Shown piece after piece: positions 57,500-64,000 of a stretch of 64,000 nucleotides of DNA. Position numbers and translations under genes: made by a program. How positions within the stretch are numbered: the first letter of the stretch is position 1; each line of letters starts with the position of its first letter. The DNA is taken from contig OY968796.1 of NCBI GenBank assembly GCA_963695545.1, forward strand, positions 2,720,001 to 2,784,000. The letters run 5' to 3'. This DNA comes from Terriglobia bacterium (GTDB lineage: Bacteria > Acidobacteriota > Terriglobia > Acidiferrales > UBA7541). The notes beneath the pieces were generated by a model. That model was not told where the DNA came from. It searched no databases and saw nothing but the letters and a program-made list of their open reading frames with translations.

Positions 57500-58585
57500 C
57501 TAGATGAGATGTTCGAGCTTTACGTGTTCCTGCGCGTAGGCGCGGCCAAGTTCGCGTAACTCCGGGATCATCTTCACGTCGTCTAGCTTCGACAATTTGG
57601 AATCCGCGAGCAGCAACGCCTGGGCTTCTTTTCCCAGAAACGACCGATTGTAGCGGACGTAACTGAACCATTTGCGGCCAGGGAGATCGAGGCCGACAAG
57701 GTCGCCGATTTCGGAATCGATGGTGTCGCCATGGAGGCATTCACCGAGGCAGCGGCAAAGATAATCCTGCTCGAGAGCGATGCCCTGAATCAACGCCGCG
57801 GGAATTCGAGGCAAATTGAAGCCCAGCCACATTTGCTTTGCGGTGGTGTCAAAGGCCGCGGTGGAGAAACGCATCGCGCCGATGGAAATCATGCGAATTT
57901 TGTCCGGGCCGGGCTCCCAGGCGATTTTGTAAGGTGGGAGCACAGCGGTGAGCGCGGCGATCAACGCGGGATTGTTATACGGCGTGATGCCGCCATCCAC
58001 AAAAACGTGAAGACGATCGCCAAGCATGATTTGTTCAGGATCGAAGTACGTGGGCGCGGCAGTGCTGGCGCGCACGAGCTTGAAAAGAGGAATATTCAGA
58101 TTGCAATCCGCGAGACTGGAATCGTTGTAGAGGGCTTTGGGATTGTTGGTGACGGGCCAGGCCGAACCGGTGGTCTGATTGCGGACTACCACGAGCAACA
58201 GGGTTTTTAGTTTCCTGGTACTCAAGAGGGCGGGGATTTTACCCGCGCCGTCTTCCGAAAAAGTGCGCTGGAGGAGTTCGGAGAGAGGCTTGGCTTCGTA
58301 GCGGGAGTGGATGTACTTCTTCGGGTTGTACCAGGGAACGGGCTCGAACATGGTTCTGCCGTGTTGAACGTAGACGTCCATGATGGTTTGCGCGTCCATC
58401 CCCCAACTGAGGGCCGTGGCGATCATCGCGCCGGTGCTGGTGCCAGCGATGAAATCGAAATGATCCGCGAGCATGAGTTTCGGATTGCCGTAATGTTCGC
58501 GAAGCAATTCCTGCATGCGGAGCAGAATCTCAAGCGTGAAAACGCCGCGAATTCCGCCGCCGTCGAGGGAGAGAATGTGTTTCAT
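57500..58585 (-). CDS. Patatin-like phospholipase
   Basis: LSLDGGGIRG, AGTSTG (GxSxG), RASTAAPTYF and FVDGG...NNP. Confidence 0.93.
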   Translation of the reverse strand: MKHILSLDGGGIRGVFTLEILLRMQELLREHYGNPKLMLADHFDFIAGTSTGAMIATALSWGMDAQTIMDVYVQHGRTMFEPVPWYNPKKYIHSRYEAKPLSELLQRTFSEDGAGKIPALLSTRKLKTLLLVVVRNQTTGSAWPVTNNPKALYNDSSLADCNLNIPLFKLVRASTAAPTYFDPEQIMLGDRLHVFVDGGITPYNNPALIAALTAVLPPYKIAWEPGPDKIRMISIGAMRFSTAAFDTTAKQMWLGFNLPRIPAALIQGIALEQDYLCRCLGECLHGDTIDSEIGDLVGLDLPGRKWFSYVRYNRSFLGKEAQALLLADSKLSKLDDVKMIPELRELGRAYAQEHVKLEHLI

Positions 58586-58589
58586 GGGA

Positions 58590-60092
58590 TTATTTGCTCG
58601 GCAGCTTGCGATGCCGAATGACGGATCTCCACTCGATCACCTCGATCAGAAGAGCGCGCTCGATGCGATTGGCCACGTGTAGCACGCTGGACCAAGTGCG
58701 CAGGCGTTCGAGCTGTTTATCCCATTCGGCGAGCAGGTAGTACATTTCGCGATAGCGCTGCCGGCGCCGTTCACAATCATTCACCACAATCAGCGCGCCC
58801 GCAACCGTGGCGATCTCGAAAGCGACCGAGGCCGCGAGAGCGAGGCCGTGCTCCCAGGGTAGCAAATTGGCACTGTGGAAATGACGAGCGCCGGTGTAGA
58901 GCCAGACGTTTGCCAGAATCGCAAGAACGATTGAGATGCGGATCACGGCGTGATACGTCTCCGCCTCCGCGTTTGATTTCGCGGCGTGTCTTTTGAAGTA
59001 GGCAAGCTGGTCGGCCACGCGTTCATCGCGATAGTGTTGCTTGAATTCTTGGAGGGGCATTTTGGCTTGCGCGCGATCGCGCATTTTCAGGAGATTGAGC
59101 GAGATCAGCAAGCCGGAGAATTCGGGGATGACTTCCGGTCCGATGACTTGATAGGCAGTCGGCGCGTGCCAAAAAGCCAGAACGGAGCGGCACACTTCGG
59201 CCGCGGTGCGCGTGCGCGCCCACACATTTTGCCGCCCGTGCAAACGCAGCGCGATCGGAAGCACGGCGGCCGCGACGCCCAGCGCCGATCCGACGGAGAG
59301 CAATAGGCCCACGTTGTGGGCCCAGGAAGCGGCTCCAGTGAAGAGCGCGGCGGCCGCGGTACAGATAATGGGGATGGCCGCCAAGCGGCGGAGCTGCGGC
59401 GAGGATTGGTTCGCGCACTCGTCCATTTTGCGGAACCAGGCCCAGACCAAGCCCTGGGGCGTGTGAGTTTCGGCGTCCTCTTTCGGGTCGGGCAGATTGT
59501 TCAGGAAATCGAGCTCGGGATCGTGGAGCAGCTCCTGCTCGGATTTCTTATTGAAGGTGTGCGCTTCGCCGGTCGCACTGTGGAACCACACCACGGGTCT
59601 GCCGAGATCCTTGGCAAACGACACGATGTCTTCGGTGCCGCCCATGCCCTGCGACGCTTCGCCATTCCAGAGCGCGACGAGCAGCCGGCTTTGCTGCACG
59701 GTTTCGATGCCGCATTCGTAATAGAGCTCGTCGCGCGGCTGATTGCCCCCCGTGATCTCGACGGAGACGGCTTTCTTCATGATCTTCTCGGCGCGGGCCC
59801 AAGTGGGCTCGTCGAAATCTTCGCGGAATTGTTCGACGGGCATGGGCAGAAGAACCAGAAGGGGAATTTCCAATTCAATGCAACTTTCATCGAAGAGCAG
59901 ATCGGCGCCGGCGGCGACGGAGGCCACGCCGTAGATCATGCCCGGGGCGGCGGCCTTTCGCTCGCTGAGAAAGTCGTAGAGGAGCTTTCGGCACTTCGAT
60001 TCGTCGGGAAGGGTGCGGTGCCCAGTAAATCCGATGGCCAGCGTCGCCGGAAGCCGGATCGAAGAGGATGTCGCGCTCGGCTGTGGCGTCAT
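58590..60092 (-). CDS. SLOG (YspA-like) nucleotide-sensing domain fused to tandem SLATT-like 2TM domains
   Basis: N-terminal IGFTGHR, AAGADLLF and LVALWNG....GGTEDIV (SLOG fold). The C-terminal half has two 2-TM hairpins, followed by WARTRTAAEVCRS and by RIERALLIEVIEW, with an intervening RVADQLAYF, a SLATT-like pattern. Confidence 0.7.
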   Translation of the reverse strand: MTPQPSATSSSIRLPATLAIGFTGHRTLPDESKCRKLLYDFLSERKAAAPGMIYGVASVAAGADLLFDESCIELEIPLLVLLPMPVEQFREDFDEPTWARAEKIMKKAVSVEITGGNQPRDELYYECGIETVQQSRLLVALWNGEASQGMGGTEDIVSFAKDLGRPVVWFHSATGEAHTFNKKSEQELLHDPELDFLNNLPDPKEDAETHTPQGLVWAWFRKMDECANQSSPQLRRLAAIPIICTAAAALFTGAASWAHNVGLLLSVGSALGVAAAVLPIALRLHGRQNVWARTRTAAEVCRSVLAFWHAPTAYQVIGPEVIPEFSGLLISLNLLKMRDRAQAKMPLQEFKQHYRDERVADQLAYFKRHAAKSNAEAETYHAVIRISIVLAILANVWLYTGARHFHSANLLPWEHGLALAASVAFEIATVAGALIVVNDCERRRQRYREMYYLLAEWDKQLERLRTWSSVLHVANRIERALLIEVIEWRSVIRHRKLPSK

Positions 60093-60125
60093 GGTTCGGC
60101 CTGCTCGAGAGCGGGCACGGTCAGA

Positions 60126-61562
60126 CTATTGTGTGCTCAGCTGAAGAATCGACGGAAGCGGGAACTTGGAAATGTCGACGGTGACCTGCGCGGTAAGCTG
60201 AGTGAGCAGGCGAAAAACGTCGCGGTTCCAATCCAGGTCTGCGCTGGGATTCGCCGGCGGCGGCGCGCTGGCGTCAGTAACGGCGTACGATGCATTCCGG
60301 TAGGTCAATTGAACCAGTGGCGGAATGGTTGGCTGGGTAGCGTCCCACTTGAGATGCAAGATCGGCTGCTGCTCAACCGGAGGGACCACGTCGGTGAATG
60401 GCAAGGTGGCGTTCGGATCGGCCGCGGTGGGGGCGGGGATGGCAGGATTTGTCGACATGAAATCTTTGAAACTGTCCTGCTCCTGAGCTGCCGCGGCCAT
60501 CACGCCGATCAGAGAACGCATCACGATCTCGCACGAGAATTTTTTCTGGTCGGCCACGTCGGTCGCGTTGTAACTCTGCTGAACAGTGAATCCATCCTTA
60601 AGGACCTGGACAAAGATCTGTTGGACGGTTTGTCCTGCCAGTCCACCCTTGTTCAATTCCGGCATGTCGGCGTCGATCGTGGCGTTCAGAGCGGCATCAG
60701 CGGCAGCCTGCGTCTCGCCTGCGGCCGCGGGCTCGTTCAAAGTAAATACGCCGACGACGTTGTCCTGATTCAAATCCCATTGGCCCTTATCGTTCTGCCT
60801 CCAAACTAGCCCCTTGGATTGCGCGTCCATAATGTTTTGGGCGGTCGGTGGACCAACGATGGACGAGCCGGCAACGGGAACGAACATCTCCTTGCCTTGC
60901 AAGCGCAAAAAGCCGCGCTTCTGCATCTCGTAGGCGATCGCGCTGACTCGAAGGAAGCGCGCATAGTTTTCGGCATTATCGAGAGTGGCGGAATTGCGGA
61001 TCACTTCCCAATACTTTGTGCCGGGCTGGCGAAACTCGATGCGATCGACCATCAGGCGGAAAAGCTGGTCCACGCGCCAGCCTTGCTGATAAAGGTTGTA
61101 AAAAATCAGAGGATCGATCGGCTTCAATAATTGCTGGGCCGTTGTGTCGTCATTCACCGGAATGAACTGGAAGCTGGGATTTTTCTGGTAGAACAGGGTC
61201 GGCGTCCCGCCGCCGATCGCGTTGCCGGCGGAAGCGGTGCCCTGAATCACATAGTTTCCGGTGCCCTGGAGGCCCGCCGACATTTGGTACGACGTAGCGA
61301 TCTGTCCGAGCTTGAAGAAATACGTCGGGTCGTGCTGATCGAGGCGCGCCAAGTTCAAGAGCATCTCGCGGTTGGAAGTTAATGCGTAGATGTCCTCGTA
61401 GTCGGTGTAGTCCGCCTTCAGGCGTCCCGCGGCGGAGCATCCCGACACAAACATGACGAAGAGGCACACAGGAGCCAGAAGACTTCCGGTGCGCGGTCTC
61501 GGCTTTGGCAACGGCGTCTCGCTGATCCGGTGCCCAAGGGGGCATGAAGTTCCGGGTTTCAT
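60126..61562 (-). CDS. Hypothetical lipoprotein (paralog 2)
   Basis: Lipobox-like FVSG-C; MLLNLARLDQHDPTYFFKLGQI, FQFIPVNDD and YQQGWRVDQLFRL shared with 61661-63556. Confidence 0.75.
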   Translation of the reverse strand: MKPGTSCPLGHRISETPLPKPRPRTGSLLAPVCLFVMFVSGCSAAGRLKADYTDYEDIYALTSNREMLLNLARLDQHDPTYFFKLGQIATSYQMSAGLQGTGNYVIQGTASAGNAIGGGTPTLFYQKNPSFQFIPVNDDTTAQQLLKPIDPLIFYNLYQQGWRVDQLFRLMVDRIEFRQPGTKYWEVIRNSATLDNAENYARFLRVSAIAYEMQKRGFLRLQGKEMFVPVAGSSIVGPPTAQNIMDAQSKGLVWRQNDKGQWDLNQDNVVGVFTLNEPAAAGETQAAADAALNATIDADMPELNKGGLAGQTVQQIFVQVLKDGFTVQQSYNATDVADQKKFSCEIVMRSLIGVMAAAAQEQDSFKDFMSTNPAIPAPTAADPNATLPFTDVVPPVEQQPILHLKWDATQPTIPPLVQLTYRNASYAVTDASAPPPANPSADLDWNRDVFRLLTQLTAQVTVDISKFPLPSILQLSTQ

Positions 61563-61579
61563 GTCTATTGAATTGCGTA

Positions 61580-61621
61580 ATTCTATATACAGAGTGGGCG
61601 GTTGACAACATCAATGTTTCT
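61580..61621 (-). promoter_or_regulatory. sigma70 promoter with an overlapping imperfect palindromic operator
   Basis: TTGTCA (61608-61603), 17 bp spacer, TAGAAT (61585-61580); on the + strand GACAACA-N4-TGTTTCT (61604-61621). Confidence 0.65.
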
Positions 61622-61660
61622 TGCTCGCGGCGATTGGCGGCCGGAAGGCGGGCGCGCAGC

Positions 61661-63556
61661 TTATTGAGCGGTCAACTGTAGGATTGTCGGAACGGGGAAC
61701 TTGGAAATGTCTACCGTAACCTGCGCGGCGAGTTGAGAGATGAGGCGAAAGGAATCACGGTTCCAGGCGGCGTTATCGTCGGGCAGCGCTGGCGCGCGCT
61801 GGCCGTTGGCGGGCGCGTTTGGGGCGCCCTTGCCCGCGGCTTTCACGTCCGTGACCAGGTATTGCTGATTGCGATAGGTGAGTTGAACCAGCGGCGCGAT
61901 GACCGAATCTTCGGGCTTCCACGTGAGGGTGATGATGGGCTGCTGCTCGATGCGCGGCACGACATCGGAGAAGGGCCGCATCTCCGTCGTGCCGGCTGCC
62001 GTGGGAGTGGGGATGTACGGATAATTTTTCAATTGATCGAATTCGTCCTGCTCCTCCGCGGCCGCGGACATCACGCCGATCAGAGAACGCATCACCAAGT
62101 GACAAGAGACGTTTCCCGAGTCGTCGCCGGAATCGGCTGAGTTCGACGCGGAAGCGGCGGAGTCTTTGGTCGAATTCGTTGAGCCTTGGGCCGAAGCCGT
62201 GGAGCTCTTGCCGGGAGTTGCGGAGTTCTTTGTCGAATGTGAGGACCCTCCGGCAGAAGAGCTTGTCGTCTCGTCGGTGGAATCCGAAGAGTCGTCCGGC
62301 GAGTCTGCTGAGTTGACGTTTCCTTCAACCGTGAATCCGCTCTCGAGAATGGCGAGAAACACCTGTTGAACGTTCTCACCGCCCCTTCCACCAACGGCCA
62401 GTTCGGGCATGTCCGCGTCGATTCTGACGATCATAGAATTCTGCGCCGAAGCGGCGGCAGTGGCAGCGGAGGTCTTAGCAGTGGCAGCGGCGGTCGCGTC
62501 AGCGGGATTTGCAGCCGCCGTTTTAGCATCGGTTGCGGCGGCGTCGGCGTCAGCGGCGGCTTTGTCGGCGGCGGCTTTGACACTCTCGGCGGCGATCTTA
62601 GCGGCAGCGGCGGCAGGATCGCCGGGATTGGAATTCGCCGTGGCCTCGGCGGCGAGAGCGGACGCATCGGCATCGTCAGCGGCATTTTGCAGCTCAGCCG
62701 GAGTGGTGGGCACGTTCAAGATAAACACGGGAATCAGCTTGCCCTTCTTTTCCAGCTCCCACTCGCCGGTGGTCGCGTCCTGCTTCCAATTGAGGCCTTG
62801 GGATTGCGCATCCAACATGTCTTTCGCGGAGGGCGGGTTCCACGATTCGGAGGTGCTCACGATGCGAGTGGGTTGCTGGCGGCCTTCCAGGCGCAAGTAT
62901 CCGAGCTTCTGCATTTCGTAGGCCACCGCGCTGACGCGAAGAAACCGCGCGTAGTTCTCGACATTATCCAGCGTGGGAGCATTGCGGATGACTTCCCAAT
63001 ACTTGCCGTTCGGCTCGCGAAATTCGATGCGATCCACCATCAACCGGAAGAGCTGATCGACGCGCCAGCCCTGCTGGTAGAGCGCATAAAAAATTTCAGG
63101 GTCGATGGGTTTCAATAAGAGTTGAGCCGTGGTGTCGTCATTCACCGGGATAAATTGAAACGTTGGGGTCTTCTGATATGAGACGGTTGGGGCCCCGCCG
63201 CCGCCCACGCCGTTCGCGTTGCTCGTGGGACTGAACATGCCGTTGCCGGTCAGCGAAGCGCCCATTTGATATTGCGTTCCAATCTGCCCGAGCTTGAAGA
63301 AAAATGTGGGATCGTGTTGATCGAGACGCGCGAGATTCAAGAGCATTTCCTGGTTCGAGGTCTGCGCGTAGGCAGCTTCGTAATCGGTGTAGTCGGCCTT
63401 CAATCGCGTCGCGGCGCAGCCGGATGAAAAAATCAAAGCGAGGCACAGGGGCGCGAAAGTCAGCAGGGCGATGATCCGACGAACCGCGTCCGACCGTTTT
63501 TGCGGCAACGTCGCACGCCTCCGGCGATTTCCGGTGCGATGTGGATTGGGCCCCAT
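61661..63556 (-). CDS. Hypothetical lipoprotein (paralog 1) with Ala-rich and Ser/Thr-rich insertions
   Basis: Lipobox-like FSSG-C; same core motifs as 60126-61562; start placed at ATG 63556, just downstream of the predicted promoter. Confidence 0.75.
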   Translation of the reverse strand: MGPNPHRTGNRRRRATLPQKRSDAVRRIIALLTFAPLCLALIFSSGCAATRLKADYTDYEAAYAQTSNQEMLLNLARLDQHDPTFFFKLGQIGTQYQMGASLTGNGMFSPTSNANGVGGGGAPTVSYQKTPTFQFIPVNDDTTAQLLLKPIDPEIFYALYQQGWRVDQLFRLMVDRIEFREPNGKYWEVIRNAPTLDNVENYARFLRVSAVAYEMQKLGYLRLEGRQQPTRIVSTSESWNPPSAKDMLDAQSQGLNWKQDATTGEWELEKKGKLIPVFILNVPTTPAELQNAADDADASALAAEATANSNPGDPAAAAAKIAAESVKAAADKAAADADAAATDAKTAAANPADATAAATAKTSAATAAASAQNSMIVRIDADMPELAVGGRGGENVQQVFLAILESGFTVEGNVNSADSPDDSSDSTDETTSSSAGGSSHSTKNSATPGKSSTASAQGSTNSTKDSAASASNSADSGDDSGNVSCHLVMRSLIGVMSAAAEEQDEFDQLKNYPYIPTPTAAGTTEMRPFSDVVPRIEQQPIITLTWKPEDSVIAPLVQLTYRNQQYLVTDVKAAGKGAPNAPANGQRAPALPDDNAAWNRDSFRLISQLAAQVTVDISKFPVPTILQLTAQ

Positions 63557-63575
63557 ATCGAGCGATTTGCGCGCC

Positions 63576-63617
63576 ATTCTATATATGGTCCTCGCGGCTG
63601 ACAACACAAATGTTGTC
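63576..63617 (-). promoter_or_regulatory. sigma70 promoter with a perfect palindromic operator overlapping the -35
   Basis: TTGTCA (63604-63599), 17 bp spacer, TAGAAT (63581-63576); GACAACA-CAAA-TGTTGTC (63600-63617). Confidence 0.7.
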
Positions 63618-63765
63618 CACGCGCAGGCCTTTCGGAATGAATTCAGCAGGCGATTAAATAAATGCTAAGGGTGGCAGCGATCACGATCGCGGGGCCGTGC
63701 AGCAGCGCTCCGCCCCAAATGGCCAACGTGATTCACAGCGCGGGAAGGGAAGCGAACGCGCTCCG

Positions 63766-63999
63766 TCAGGATTGGTCTGGATCCTGGTATTCGAGAGGAA
63801 CATCATCCTCGGGAACTTCTCTGGTCGTCACTTCGCCCTGATCGGGATCCTTGGCGTTTTCCACGCCGCTGACGGCTTCGGCTTCGAAGTCCTGGCCCTC
63901 TTCGGCCAATTCCTCGACGCTTTCGGAATCGACGTCTTCCTTCTCGGACAATCCCTGAGTGTCGCCGGATTGCCCGCCGGATGCCGAGCCCGTGCCTCG
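63766..63999 (-). CDS. Small acidic hypothetical protein (3' part; start lies outside the window)
   Basis: The frame is open to the window edge: ...GSASGGQSGDTQGLSEKEDVDSESVEELAEEGQDFEAEAVSGVENA...EVPEDDVPLEY. Confidence 0.7.
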   Translation of the reverse strand, partial: RGTGSASGGQSGDTQGLSEKEDVDSESVEELAEEGQDFEAEAVSGVENAKDPDQGEVTTREVPEDDVPLEYQDPDQS

Positions 64000-64000
64000 G

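Noticed and set aside
57500..60092. Calling the patatin/SLOG-SLATT pair CBASS or Thoeris
   Set aside because: No CD-NTase, TIR, SIR2 or Cap2/Cap3 gene is visible nearby, so a named system cannot be supported.
1..64000. tRNA, rRNA, tmRNA or known riboswitch
   Set aside because: None recognised by eye in the intergenic regions; tRNAscan-SE and Infernal would be needed to exclude them fully.

Overview
GC-rich bacterial window. The gene content (several FG-GAP/ASPIC-UnbV proteins, a TPR-multiheme cytochrome, a DUF1175/alpha-2-macroglobulin locus, Tat-exported glycosidases) suggests Acidobacteriota; this is an inference. Five blocks can be read from the sequence: (1) 1-9.4 kb, a divergent glycan-degradation cluster (two GH2, two tandem clan GH-A/GH148-like paralogs, an esterase); (2) 9.5-28 kb, a NarX/NarL-type two-component system followed by four FG-GAP/ASPIC-UnbV genes and a pentaheme-TPR membrane protein, interrupted by a ~6.4 kb block bounded by a decayed ~150 bp duplication; (3) 28.8-45 kb, a partial nucleotide-sugar/nonulosonate cassette, rpiA, sugar catabolism genes and a small RHH toxin-antitoxin-like pair; (4) 45.5-54.6 kb, an alpha-2-macroglobulin / SpoIID / transpeptidase envelope locus; (5) 55.3-63.6 kb, a candidate conflict locus (two paralogous lipoproteins with a shared promoter and operator, a SLOG-SLATT fusion, a patatin and a convergent membrane lipase). 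The most unusual signal is non-coding: two ~340 bp intergenic elements 49 kb apart in opposite orientation (5401-5750 +, 54766-55106 -). They share a sigma70 promoter with identical geometry, ordered conserved motifs, an internal hairpin, three internal repeat units and a terminal ACCGGGGGTGTA stem, so they may be an undescribed multi-copy ncRNA or non-autonomous element. No rRNA, tRNA, CRISPR array, integrase or transposase was seen. All family assignments are by motif recognition; no database searches were run.
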